The notes: generated by a model not told the origin, from the sequence alone. A stretch of 64,000 bases of DNA from Steroidobacterales bacterium (GCA_038229815.1 JBBROC010000009.1:740-64739); one strand, 5' to 3'. Counted from the first letter of the stretch, positions 48,187 through 57,806 are shown. Made by a program: numbers and translations.

Positions 48187-51047
48187 TGACTCATCTCCGG
48201 TTTTTGCCGCAGGTTCTTTGGATCGTAAAACGGGACGGCGGCGACTCGCGCCGCGATGAGTGCGCCATCGCCGGCGCGTATTCGAATGCGCCGCCCGGCT
48301 TGGGCAAGCTCGGGAGCCAGCATCGCGAGTCCAATGGATTTATTCAGCACGCGAGAGTGCGCGATGCTCGTGACGCGGCCGGCGATCGCGTCCTTGTCGA
48401 TGATCAAATGGCATTCCTTGGGCAAGGGCATCGCGGCGTCGAGTTCGATTCCGACCAGCTTCTGGCGCTGCCCTCGCGCCTGCAGGATGCGCAAACTGCG
48501 CTGGCCCACGAAGAACGGCTTCTTCATGGCGACGGCCCAGTTTGCATTCGCCTCGAATGGATCGGTCAGACCGTCCGTGTCTTGTCCCACGATGAAATGT
48601 CCTTTTTCCAAGCGCAGCACGCGTTGTGCTTCAACGCCGAAGGGCCTTAATCCTCTCGGCGTTCCCGCCTTCATCAGCGCCCGCCATACGTCGGCTCCGC
48701 CGCCCGCGGCGACATGAATTTCGTATCCCAACTCCCCTACGAAGCCGACTCGCATCAGGCGGGCCGCCACACCGGCGACGTTCCCCGACCGGACGGCCAA
48801 GTAAGGAAATGCCTCATTCCGCAGATCTAGGTCGGTCAATCCCTGCAATATTTCGCGGCTCAACGGTCCGGCCAGATTGAACGCCGCTCGATGCCCCGTG
48901 ACATTCACCAAAGCGCAATCCAGTCCCCATAAGGCGTTGAGCCGGAGCATTTCGCGAAACACGGTGGCGGAACCGCCGGTGGTGGTCGTGAAATAGAACC
49001 GCTCGTCGCCCAGACGCGCAATGACGCCATCATCGATGATGACGCCGGACTCGTCCAACATCAGCCCGTAGCGGGTCATCCCGACAGTCAGATCGGAATA
49101 CCGCCCGGCGTAGACGCGATCCAGAAACTCGGCTGCTGCGGGGCCATAGATCTCTACTTTGCCGAGCGTCCCCACATCGATGAGACCGACACCGGTGCGT
49201 ACGGCGTGCACTTCGGCATCGATGCTTTGTTGGCGCGATTCGCCGGCCGCCGCGTAATATTCCGGCCTGCGCCAGTTTCCCGCCGGCATCCAAACGGCCC
49301 CCAGGGAGCCATGCAGCGCGTCGAGGGGCGTGCGCCGCTCCGGGTGGAAGCTTCGGCCCGCGAGCAACTTCATCGGTACCGGGTGATACATCGGCCGTGA
49401 AGTCGTGAGGCCAAGCTGATCAACGCTGAGCCCGCGAACGCGCGCGAGAATGCGCAGGGCGTTCACGTGCGAATGCTTGCCCTGCGAGGGTCCCATGCCG
49501 ACCGTGCTGTAGCGCTTGAGCAATTCGCTCGAATCAAAGCCTTCCTGCGCTGCGTTTTCCAAGTCCTTCACCTGCAAGTCCTCGTCGAAATCGACGAAGT
49601 TCTTGGCCCGCGGGTGGTCGATGATGGGAAAGCGATGCGACGGGCAGCGAGTGCTCCTGCGAGGCGCCGGCCCGTTCGGCGCCGCGCCGAATCCCGCATG
49701 CGCCGCAGCCTGCGCGCCTGCGCGCCTGCCGTCGGCGATCCGTGATTCGATCTCGTAGACGCCGTTCACTCGGCCGGCTGCATAAATCCCGGACGGCAAG
49801 TCTGCGGGAACGAATTGCTGCAACTCCTCCGAGTATCGCATGGTGCCCCCGGCTTGCAGGCATAGCTGCCCGGCGGCGGCCCATCCCACGCTCATCAAAA
49901 CGGCGTCGCATTCGATATCGCGCACCGCCCCCCCATCGAGCCGGCCGTCCGACCACGGAGCCACGCGGAGGGCGGCGACTGTCCCGCTCGAGCCGCGAAT
50001 GGCTTCATAGGGAGCGTGCGCGCACAGGATCTCGATGCCGAGCGCGGCACAGGCCGCCACGGCGGCGTCGCTTTCAGGGGCGGCTCGCAGCTCGACGATG
50101 GCAACCACGGGAACGCCGCGCTTGCGCATCTCCAGGCAGGCAAGGTAGGCCTCCAGATTCGCCGCGACGAGAACCACCCGCCGTCCGGGCGCGACGCCGT
50201 AGCGGGCAAGCAGCCGTAGCGCGCCGGACGCCAACATGACTCCGGGCGAGTCGTTGTTGCGGAACACCGCAGGCTGTTCGATCACCCCCGTGGCGAACAC
50301 CACAGCCTTGGCGCGCATCTTCGTCAGGCAAGATTCATGCGCCAGCGCCACCCAGTGATCAGCGTAATAGCCGGCCGCGACCGTCGCGGGGTATAGGGTA
50401 ATGGCTCCCGACTCGCGCGCCGCCCGGACCAAAGCGGACGGCGCACCGTTGCCCTCCAGGCGAATCGACTCTTCAACCAGAGCGACTTGCGCACCTCTCT
50501 CGGAAGCTGCCAGCGCCGCCGAGAGTCCGCTCGGACCGCCGCCAATAACCAATACATCGCAAAATCCATAGCGCTTGGGCGTTGATTCGCGCTTGGCGCC
50601 GAGATTCACTTCTCCTAAACCGGTAAGCGCCCGGAACATGCGCTCCCACCGCGGGAACAGATGTTTGGAATGAAATGCCTTGTAATAAAATCCCACCGGC
50701 AGAATCCGCGCGCAGCGATCGAGCACGCGCGCCTTATCGTGCGCCAGCCCGCCAAAAGTGTTGATTGCCGACACTCGCATGCCATTGCGCAGCAGCGTCA
50801 CGTCGCCGCGCACATTCGGCACGCCGTCGACCTGGAACAAAGTATTGCTGTCATGATTGGCAAACGACAGGATGCTGCGTGGCCGATGATACTTGAAGCT
50901 GCGCGCCATGAGCGTGAGGCCGGCGGCGGCGAGCGCCGAGGAAATGGTGTCGCCGGAATATCCTTGATATTGGCGGCCTTCGAAAGTGAAGCGCAGATCG
51001 ACGGAGCGATCCAGCCATTCCCCGGGGGTTTTTTCGAGACGGTGCAT
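48183..51047 (-). CDS. mgdC: N-methylglutamate dehydrogenase alpha subunit (SoxA-like)
   Basis: About 954 aa with a dinucleotide-binding fold (DVLVIGGGPSGL) and an aminomethyltransferase/folate-binding-like C-terminal half. ATG at 51047 overlaps the delta-subunit stop (TGATG). The 1060-aa track ORF is a run-on through mgdB. Confidence 0.88.
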   Translation of the reverse strand: MHRLEKTPGEWLDRSVDLRFTFEGRQYQGYSGDTISSALAAAGLTLMARSFKYHRPRSILSFANHDSNTLFQVDGVPNVRGDVTLLRNGMRVSAINTFGGLAHDKARVLDRCARILPVGFYYKAFHSKHLFPRWERMFRALTGLGEVNLGAKRESTPKRYGFCDVLVIGGGPSGLSAALAASERGAQVALVEESIRLEGNGAPSALVRAARESGAITLYPATVAAGYYADHWVALAHESCLTKMRAKAVVFATGVIEQPAVFRNNDSPGVMLASGALRLLARYGVAPGRRVVLVAANLEAYLACLEMRKRGVPVVAIVELRAAPESDAAVAACAALGIEILCAHAPYEAIRGSSGTVAALRVAPWSDGRLDGGAVRDIECDAVLMSVGWAAAGQLCLQAGGTMRYSEELQQFVPADLPSGIYAAGRVNGVYEIESRIADGRRAGAQAAAHAGFGAAPNGPAPRRSTRCPSHRFPIIDHPRAKNFVDFDEDLQVKDLENAAQEGFDSSELLKRYSTVGMGPSQGKHSHVNALRILARVRGLSVDQLGLTTSRPMYHPVPMKLLAGRSFHPERRTPLDALHGSLGAVWMPAGNWRRPEYYAAAGESRQQSIDAEVHAVRTGVGLIDVGTLGKVEIYGPAAAEFLDRVYAGRYSDLTVGMTRYGLMLDESGVIIDDGVIARLGDERFYFTTTTGGSATVFREMLRLNALWGLDCALVNVTGHRAAFNLAGPLSREILQGLTDLDLRNEAFPYLAVRSGNVAGVAARLMRVGFVGELGYEIHVAAGGGADVWRALMKAGTPRGLRPFGVEAQRVLRLEKGHFIVGQDTDGLTDPFEANANWAVAMKKPFFVGQRSLRILQARGQRQKLVGIELDAAMPLPKECHLIIDKDAIAGRVTSIAHSRVLNKSIGLAMLAPELAQAGRRIRIRAGDGALIAARVAAVPFYDPKNLRQKPEMSQ

Positions 51048-51334
51048 CAGGGCGCTATGCCAGGCACGGGCAGTCCGCGGCGGACTGCGTCGGCCGGAAA
51101 GGTGGCAATGACTGCATCGCGCGTGGTATCGCGCAGAACGATGAACCAGAATCCGGAAGCGATGTGGCACCACCATTCGTACTTCGCGCCCGGCGACCCG
51201 GAACGATTGAACACGTAGCTGCTCCACTCGGCATCGCTGCAGCTGCTCGGATCGGGACTGACACGGACCTCGCCGCCGTAGGCGAATTCGGATACGGGGC
51301 GCGGGCCGTTCAACGGGCAGATCAGGACCTTCAT
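51047..51334 (-). CDS. mgdB: N-methylglutamate dehydrogenase delta subunit (SoxD-like)
   Basis: 95 aa starting MKVLICPLNGPRP..., the size and pattern of SoxD. ATGA overlap with the mgdA stop. Confidence 0.8.
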   Translation of the reverse strand: MKVLICPLNGPRPVSEFAYGGEVRVSPDPSSCSDAEWSSYVFNRSGSPGAKYEWWCHIASGFWFIVLRDTTRDAVIATFPADAVRRGLPVPGIAP

Positions 51335-52575
51335 CAGTGGCCCACCGAAGCCGCGCCTTTTTCACCGGTGAGTTGATACCGCGCGAAGCGGTCGACGGTG
51401 AACCCCTCGATCAGTGGATGATTGCGCCCGGTCGCCACCGTGTGACTCATGGTCTTGCCGCACACCGGCGTCGCCTTGAAGCCCCAAGTGCCCCAGCCCG
51501 CGTCCAAAAAGAAGCCTTCGACGGGCGTCAGCCCCATGATGGGCGCGAAATCAGGCGTCATATCGGCTAGACCCGCCCACTGACGGTTCACCTTGACCTC
51601 GCTCAAGAACGGAAACATGTCGAGCATGTTCGCAGCCAGGCCTTCGGCGAAATCGAGGGTCGACCGGGTTGCATGCAACTCATACGGATCCAGCGAGGCA
51701 CCCATCACCAATTCCCCGCGCGCGGTCTGTGATACGTACACATGCAGGGACCCTGACACGATGATGGGGTCGAGCCACGGCTTCACGGGCTCGGATACCA
51801 TGGCCTGCAGCGGATGCACGTAGATCGGCGTGCGCAAGCCCACCATATCGAGTATTCGAGGCGTGAATCCGGCAACGGCGCACAACACCTTCGAACTGGC
51901 TATGGAACCGCGGGTGGTTTCGACCCCCACCACGCGGCCGCCCTGCAATCGGATTCCGGTCACTTCAGTTTGTTGATGAATCTCCACGCCCCGCCGATCG
52001 GCGCCGCGTCCATACCCCCACGCCACGGCGTCATGACGCGCAATGGCGCCCGGCTCATGGAACAGGGCGCCGAGAATCGGCGCATGGCCTCCGCAAGTCA
52101 TGTCGATCGAGGGAATGGCTCGCTTCACGAAGGCTGCATCGACGGCTTCGGAGCGCACGCCGTAATGCTTGTTGACCTCCGCCCTCCAGCGCATGGTGCG
52201 CATTGCCGAATCCGTATGTGCGAGGGTGTAGTGGCCACGCTGGGAATAGAATAAGTTCAAATCGAAATCGGCGCCGAGATCCTGCCAGAGGCGTACACTT
52301 TCATCGTAGAATTTCACTCCTTCGGGAGTGAGGTAATTCGAGCGAATGATGGTGGTGTTGCGGCCGGTATTGCCGCCGCCGATATAGCCTTTCTCGAGCA
52401 CCGCCACGTTGCGGATGCCGTGATCGCGGGCTAGATAGTATGCGGCCGCCAACCCATGCCCCCCGGCTCCGATAATGACCACGTCATAGCCCGCTTTCAG
52501 CGAGTCATGGCGCGTAAACATGCGGGGTTCAGGATGCTTGCGCGATAGACCGAAGCGAAGTAGGCGATAAGGCAT
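51334..52575 (-). CDS. mgdA: N-methylglutamate dehydrogenase beta subunit (SoxB-like FAD oxidoreductase)
   Basis: 413 aa with YDVVIIGAGGHGLAAAYYLA and NTTIIRSNY, as in heterotetrameric sarcosine oxidase beta subunits. Confidence 0.88.
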   Translation of the reverse strand: MPYRLLRFGLSRKHPEPRMFTRHDSLKAGYDVVIIGAGGHGLAAAYYLARDHGIRNVAVLEKGYIGGGNTGRNTTIIRSNYLTPEGVKFYDESVRLWQDLGADFDLNLFYSQRGHYTLAHTDSAMRTMRWRAEVNKHYGVRSEAVDAAFVKRAIPSIDMTCGGHAPILGALFHEPGAIARHDAVAWGYGRGADRRGVEIHQQTEVTGIRLQGGRVVGVETTRGSIASSKVLCAVAGFTPRILDMVGLRTPIYVHPLQAMVSEPVKPWLDPIIVSGSLHVYVSQTARGELVMGASLDPYELHATRSTLDFAEGLAANMLDMFPFLSEVKVNRQWAGLADMTPDFAPIMGLTPVEGFFLDAGWGTWGFKATPVCGKTMSHTVATGRNHPLIEGFTVDRFARYQLTGEKGAASVGH

Positions 52576-52611
52576 AGGGTTAGCGAAATTCGCCGGCGCG
52601 ACACTCGTTTC

Positions 52612-52626
52612 GCAGCAGGGTTACCA
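52612..52626 (-). promoter_or_regulatory. possible sigma-54 type -24/-12 element upstream of mgdA
   Basis: The minus strand reads TGGTAACCCTGCTGC, giving GG-N10-GC with correct spacing about 37 nt upstream of the mgdA ATG. Flanking bases fit the TGGCAC-N5-TTGC consensus only partly. Confidence 0.2.
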
Positions 52627-52660
52627 TGCCGGGGATATAACCACGAAATTTAACTGGGGA

Positions 52661-52691
52661 GCAAATCATTTGCGTCTTGCGCAATGAAGAC
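52661..52691. promoter_or_regulatory. cluster of palindromes in the mgdA / PQQ-dehydrogenase divergent intergenic region
   Basis: GCAAAT-C-ATTTGC is a perfect 6-1-6 palindrome at 52661-52673. It is directly followed by GTCTTGCGCAATGAAGAC, which contains the perfect 8-mer palindrome TTGCGCAA. Confidence 0.25.
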
Positions 52692-52811
52692 CTCCGCCTG
52701 GAAGCGGGAACTTACATGCCGCCGTCGGCGAACGGCATCGTGATCAAGCCCTTGTGGCGGCAGAACCGGATTTACCGTCCGCCTACGGCGCGCTGAGCCG
52801 GCAGCGCCATA

Positions 52812-55079
52812 TTGGGGCGAGTGCTTGGACCGGCGCGGCGGTGGTACAGTTCGTGCCCAATGTCCGCGAAAACTTCCGCTGCCCTTGCAGGAGCATCAAC
52901 CTTGCTGAGATACCAAACACTTGCCCGTGTTTGCATACATGCGCTAAGCGTGATCGCGTGCGGCACCGTGCTCGCGGCAGCCGCGCCTCATGTATCCGGC
53001 AATGTCGACGCGCCGCAAAACTGGTTCACCGCTGGCCGCGACCAGGATGGCAGCTATTATTCGCCTTTGGCGGGGATCGACGCGAATAACGTCGAGAAAC
53101 TGGGATTCGCCTGGCAGTATGACATGGGTAGTCCGATGCGCGGTCAGGAAGCGACGCCCATCGTCATCGACGGGGTCATGTACACGTCGGGGACTTGGGG
53201 CTACGTCTATGCGGTGGATGCCGCCACGGGAAAAGAACTGTGGCGCTATGACCCCAAGCCCGACTATTTCGCCGGCAGGCACCCATGCTGCGACTTGGTG
53301 AACCGCGGCGTAGCCGTTTGGAAGGGCAAGGTTTACGTCGCCTCGACCGACGGGCGTCTGCATGCCTTGGATGCGGCGACCGGCAAGAAGATCTGGGACG
53401 CCGACACGATCACCGATCACACCCTGCCTTATTCGAGCACGGGTGCCCCGCAGATCGCGGGCAACGTAGTCGTGATCGGCAACGGCGGCGCCGACATGGG
53501 CCATACGGGCGTGCGCGGCTATGTCGCGGCTTACGATTTGGATACCGGCACGTTCAAATGGCGTTTCTATACGGTACCGCCGGCCGTCGGACAGCCATAC
53601 GAGAACCCAGAATTGGCGCAAGCAGATAAAACGTGGGATCCCCATCGCAAGGCGGACTTGCACGGAGGCGGAACGGCGTGGGATGGATTCGCCTACGATC
53701 CGGGCTTGAATCTCGTGTACTTCGGCACGGCCAATGCAGCCCCATATGATCTGCGTCAGCTCGGACCGGCGAAACTCGACAGCCTCTTTACGGCATCCAT
53801 CATCGCTTTGGATGCCGCCACCGGGCGCATGGCGTGGTATTACCAGACGACGCCGCGAGACAGCTGGGATTACGACTCGGTGCAGAAATTGATCCTCGCT
53901 GATCTGCAGATCGACGGTGCTCGCCGGTCCGTCATCATGCAGGCATCGAAGAACGGCTTTTTCTACGTTCTCGATCGCAAGACCGGCAAGCTGTTATCCG
54001 CCAAAAACTTTACCTACGTGAACTGGGCGTCCCACATCGACATGAAGACCGGCCGGCCGGTTCTCACCGTGCAGGCCGATTGGTATTCCGCACCAAAAAA
54101 CGTGTATCCGTCCTGGGCCGGTGGACATACTTGGAACCCGATGTCCTTGAGTGCGCAGACGCACTTGGTCTACATCCCCGTCATCGACATGTCTGCGGTG
54201 TGGGTCGACATGCTTCATAACGGCGGCAGCATGAAGTTCCTTGACGGATTCTTTACGGTGCAAGGCGTCTTCCCGGATGACACCTACGATCCCGCCGCCT
54301 TGAAGAAGCTCTATGGACCCATGCCAGACATTCATGCGATCAAGGCGGCGCGAAAGGTGAACCCGGTGCGCGAACTGCTGCGCGCATGGGACCCGGTAAC
54401 GCAAAAAACCGTCTGGGAGCATGAGACATCGGAAGGGATTCGCGGTTACGACGGCGGCATCATGTCTACGGCTGGGAATTTGGTGTTTCAAGGACGCGGC
54501 ACGGGGGATCTCTGGGTTTACGCTGCCGACACAGGGAAAGTCCTCAAGGTGATAAAAACCGGCAGCCATCTCATGGCGGCGCCCATGACCTACTCCATCA
54601 ACGGCGAGCAGTTTGTGGCGATCCAAGCGGGATATGGCGGTGCAGCGATTACGGTGGGGCCGATTCCGCCGAGCAGTGCCGCGCTCAAATATGAGAACAC
54701 CAATCGCATCATTGCGTTCAAGCTGGGCGGAGCGGCGGTGCCGACGCCGGCGCCGCGCGTGGAAGGACCTTTTCCCACCCCCCCAAAGCAGACCGCAACC
54801 AAGGCTGCGATCGACGCCGGCGAGCTCAAGTTCGTCGAAGAGTGTTCGCGATGCCATGTGCTCGGGCCGAGCAGCACTCCGGACCTTCGCAGGCTCAATG
54901 ACGGTTTGCACGCCTCTTTCAAGGATATCGTTTTGAAGGGGGTACTCGCGCCTTCAGGGATGGAGCGCTTCGACGATATCCTGAGCGAGAAGGACGTCGA
55001 CAATATCCATGCCTACTTGATCGACCAGAGCTGGGTTGCGTATCGCGAACAACAAGCCAAGGCCGCGCCGGCGAAGTAA
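52812..55079 (+). CDS. PQQ-dependent quinohemoprotein alcohol dehydrogenase (type II, C-terminal cytochrome c domain)
   Basis: Eight-bladed-propeller W-motifs, the vicinal Cys-Cys (RHPCCD) and a C-terminal haem c site (CSRCH). Start is uncertain: TTG at 52812 (track) or ATG at 52860. A signal-like hydrophobic N-terminus is present. Confidence 0.88.
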   Translation: MGRVLGPARRWYSSCPMSAKTSAALAGASTLLRYQTLARVCIHALSVIACGTVLAAAAPHVSGNVDAPQNWFTAGRDQDGSYYSPLAGIDANNVEKLGFAWQYDMGSPMRGQEATPIVIDGVMYTSGTWGYVYAVDAATGKELWRYDPKPDYFAGRHPCCDLVNRGVAVWKGKVYVASTDGRLHALDAATGKKIWDADTITDHTLPYSSTGAPQIAGNVVVIGNGGADMGHTGVRGYVAAYDLDTGTFKWRFYTVPPAVGQPYENPELAQADKTWDPHRKADLHGGGTAWDGFAYDPGLNLVYFGTANAAPYDLRQLGPAKLDSLFTASIIALDAATGRMAWYYQTTPRDSWDYDSVQKLILADLQIDGARRSVIMQASKNGFFYVLDRKTGKLLSAKNFTYVNWASHIDMKTGRPVLTVQADWYSAPKNVYPSWAGGHTWNPMSLSAQTHLVYIPVIDMSAVWVDMLHNGGSMKFLDGFFTVQGVFPDDTYDPAALKKLYGPMPDIHAIKAARKVNPVRELLRAWDPVTQKTVWEHETSEGIRGYDGGIMSTAGNLVFQGRGTGDLWVYAADTGKVLKVIKTGSHLMAAPMTYSINGEQFVAIQAGYGGAAITVGPIPPSSAALKYENTNRIIAFKLGGAAVPTPAPRVEGPFPTPPKQTATKAAIDAGELKFVEECSRCHVLGPSSTPDLRRLNDGLHASFKDIVLKGVLAPSGMERFDDILSEKDVDNIHAYLIDQSWVAYREQQAKAAPAK

Positions 55080-55102
55080 AGTATTTCAATGGATGCTAAC
55101 TC

Positions 55103-55633
55103 TTAACCCTCGGCTATCAGCTGCAGGTTATTTCGATAATAGGCACCGCGAGCGGCATAAATTGCAGCGATTTCGATGAGTTCGTCCTGCTCCTCGGCAG
55201 TAAGCTCGCGCACCACCCTGGCGGGCGCGCCCAGGATGAGGGTGCCGTCGGCAAAAGCCTTGCGCTCGGTGATTACGGCGCCCGCGCCGACCAGGCAACC
55301 CTTGCCGATCACGGCCGCATTCAACACCACGGCCTGTATACCTATGAGCGAGCCGTCGCCCACGCTGCAGCCGTGCATCATCGCCTGGTGGCCGATCGAG
55401 ACATTGGTTCCCACCAGCAGCGGAAATCCAGGATCCGTATGCAAAACCGCCCCGTCCTGCACGTTGCTGTTGGCGCCGATGCTGATAATCTCGTTGTCGC
55501 CGCGCAGGGTGGCTCCAAACCATACACTGCTGTGATCGGCGACGGCTGCGTTGCCTATGATCGAAGCGTTTGGTGCGATATAGGCGCTCATCGCTATCGT
55601 CGGGGAAACATCGCCCAATTTATATAAGGCCAT
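55103..55633 (-). CDS. gamma-carbonic-anhydrase-like / hexapeptide-repeat (LbH) protein (YrdA/PaaY family)
   Basis: Left-handed beta-helix repeats and VGHQAMMHGC-type His ligands. ATG at 55633 with GGAG 5 nt upstream. Confidence 0.85.
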   Translation of the reverse strand: MALYKLGDVSPTIAMSAYIAPNASIIGNAAVADHSSVWFGATLRGDNEIISIGANSNVQDGAVLHTDPGFPLLVGTNVSIGHQAMMHGCSVGDGSLIGIQAVVLNAAVIGKGCLVGAGAVITERKAFADGTLILGAPARVVRELTAEEQDELIEIAAIYAARGAYYRNNLQLIAEG

Positions 55634-55719
55634 AAGCTCTCCGAGCCATGAAGACAACTCATGGTGAACATACCGCACATCCGGATCCTCTAATAGCCTG
55701 AGGTATCATCGACGATGAC

Positions 55720-57219
55720 ATGAACGAGACTTCAACGGCCGCCGGCGCTGCGCCACAAGGCTGGCGCACAGCCTTGTGGCGCCTGTGGACGCTGCGGCGA
55801 GTGGTCTCGGCGCCGTCCGGGGATCCGCTGCGCGCCACCTTGATCATGGCCGCAGTATGGCTTGCGCTGTGGATTGCCATCGATCGATGGCAATCGCAAC
55901 CGGAGCCGCAATTTTTCGCCGGCGGACTCCCCCTTCTTGCTTGGTATGTGCTGGCCCTCCTGGCGATGGCCGCACTGCTGAGATCCAGAGCGCATCCCGC
56001 GCCGGGTTTCGCGCCTTTCCTCACGCTGGCGATGGGAGCAGTGCCGGTGCCGCTGCTGTTGGCAAGTGTAGCCAACGCGTATCTGGATCCCGCGTGGTTC
56101 TTGGGCGCGGCCGTGATCGGCGGCGTTTACATTCTGATTTACCTCGCGCGCGGGCTGCGCGCCATAACCGGGGAACTCCAGCGGGCAGCCGCCTGCGCCG
56201 GTCTCGCGTTCATGGTGGGGTTCGTTTTGCTCACAGATACGTTGGATGTAATTCCCGACGTATGGGCGCCACTCCAGGCACAAGACCCGGAGCCCGTCGG
56301 CGCCTTCGCGGATGGCGAGGCCATTTTATTCGGACAAGCGGCCCGTATCGATGAGTTGCTGACGGGAATTGCCCGCAGCACTTCGCTCAAACCGCAGACC
56401 TTCTTCCTCGGCTTTGCCGGCGTCGGCAACGAGAAGGTGTTCTCAGAAGAAATCGGATTGGCGTCGAAGGTGCTGGGAAATCGATATGACTTCGGCGCCA
56501 GAAGCCTATCGCTGATCAACGATGAACGCGACCTGGAGCGCGCCCCGCTCGCGACGGTAAGCGGATTGAAGTACGCTCTGCGCGGTCTTGGCGCCCGCAT
56601 GAATGTCAACCGCGACGTGCTTTTCTTGTCGATCTCCTCGCATGGCGCGGAGGATCCCGCAATCGTAGTCTCGAATTCACAGCTGCCGCTCCAGGACCTG
56701 ACGGACGAGGATCTCGCCGACGCCTTGCGCGAATCTGGCATCAAATGGCGCGTGATCATTATTTCGGCCTGCTACGCAGGTGGGTTCATCGAACGCCTGA
56801 GCGATCCGCAAACCATCGTGATCGCGGCGGCAGCGGCTGATCGCACGTCGTTCGGCTGCTCGAACGATCGCGATCTCACTTACTTCGGGGAGGCATTTTA
56901 TCGCGACGCGTTGCCGGCTGCCCGCTCGCTGCGCGCCGCCTTCTATGCCGCCAAGGCCGCCATCGCCGCCCGCGAACGCCGCGAACGCGTCACAGCGTCG
57001 AATCCGCAGGCGTACTTCGGCAAGGAGATGGAGGCAAAGCTGGCCTCGATGAGCGCCAATGAACGACTCCCCACCCCCGCCGGGCTTTTAGCGCCGCGCA
57101 CTGAGGCGATGGGCGCAGGCTCAGGTATCTTCGTCGTAGATGATGATCGACAACATCCGAATCGGCACCTTCCCCAGCGTCTCGGGACCGTGCGGTACGT
57201 CGCCGCGAAAACTCAATGA
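55720..57219 (+). CDS. membrane-anchored C13 (legumain-like, clan CD) peptidase family protein
   Basis: The N-terminal ~200 aa contain several TM helices. The C-terminal domain has a His-Gly / Ala-Cys dyad context (ISSHGAED, IISACYAGGF). The 3' end overlaps the convergent regulator gene by 99 nt. Confidence 0.7.
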   Translation: MNETSTAAGAAPQGWRTALWRLWTLRRVVSAPSGDPLRATLIMAAVWLALWIAIDRWQSQPEPQFFAGGLPLLAWYVLALLAMAALLRSRAHPAPGFAPFLTLAMGAVPVPLLLASVANAYLDPAWFLGAAVIGGVYILIYLARGLRAITGELQRAAACAGLAFMVGFVLLTDTLDVIPDVWAPLQAQDPEPVGAFADGEAILFGQAARIDELLTGIARSTSLKPQTFFLGFAGVGNEKVFSEEIGLASKVLGNRYDFGARSLSLINDERDLERAPLATVSGLKYALRGLGARMNVNRDVLFLSISSHGAEDPAIVVSNSQLPLQDLTDEDLADALRESGIKWRVIIISACYAGGFIERLSDPQTIVIAAAAADRTSFGCSNDRDLTYFGEAFYRDALPAARSLRAAFYAAKAAIAARERRERVTASNPQAYFGKEMEAKLASMSANERLPTPAGLLAPRTEAMGAGSGIFVVDDDRQHPNRHLPQRLGTVRYVAAKTQ

Positions 57220-57780
57220 GTCGCCCACCTCCAGCGGATAGCTGTGACTGCCATGCCGATAAGTCAGCGACCCGGCGAGGAGGTAAATGAATTCCGTACC
57301 GGGGTGTTGAAAGCCGGGAAACACTTCGCTCTTGTCGGTCAGTGTGACGAGAAAGGGATCGAACGATTTTCGCGGGCCGCGCTGGGCGGCCAGCAGATGG
57401 TAAGTATGACCGCGGCGGGTACCGCGTCTGACCACCTCGAGTCCTTGTCCCGCACGCACCCGCTGCGCGCCCTCCTCGACCCCGCCCAGCTGCTGCAGCA
57501 GCAGCGCCGGTCGTACACCGAGCGCGTCCGCCAGCGCCACCAAGGTTTCGAGGCTCGGGGTGACATGACCTGTTTCTAATCGGCTGAGCATTCCCGCGCT
57601 GATTCCGGCAGAGGACGCAACGTCCGTCAGCGTCAAATCCTGGCTCTCGCGTACCCGCCGCGCGACGATGCCCAATTGCCGGCCGACGTTACTCGAAGCA
57701 ACTGCCGAAACGGCTATCGATTTCGGCTTTTTAAGTAGACGCGCCAAGCTGGACCTCTTCGAGCTCGAACGATCATGCAT
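57121..57780 (-). CDS. XRE-family HTH transcriptional regulator with a C-terminal cupin domain
   Basis: HTH_3-like segment (LTLTDVASSAGISAGMLSRLETG) and a cupin segment (GTEFIYLLAGSLTY...GDSLSF). Divergent from tmd. Confidence 0.85.
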   Translation of the reverse strand: MHDRSSSKRSSLARLLKKPKSIAVSAVASSNVGRQLGIVARRVRESQDLTLTDVASSAGISAGMLSRLETGHVTPSLETLVALADALGVRPALLLQQLGGVEEGAQRVRAGQGLEVVRRGTRRGHTYHLLAAQRGPRKSFDPFLVTLTDKSEVFPGFQHPGTEFIYLLAGSLTYRHGSHSYPLEVGDSLSFRGDVPHGPETLGKVPIRMLSIIIYDEDT

Positions 57781-57806
57781 GGGCAGCAGCTACCATGCGT
57801 TCGCAG

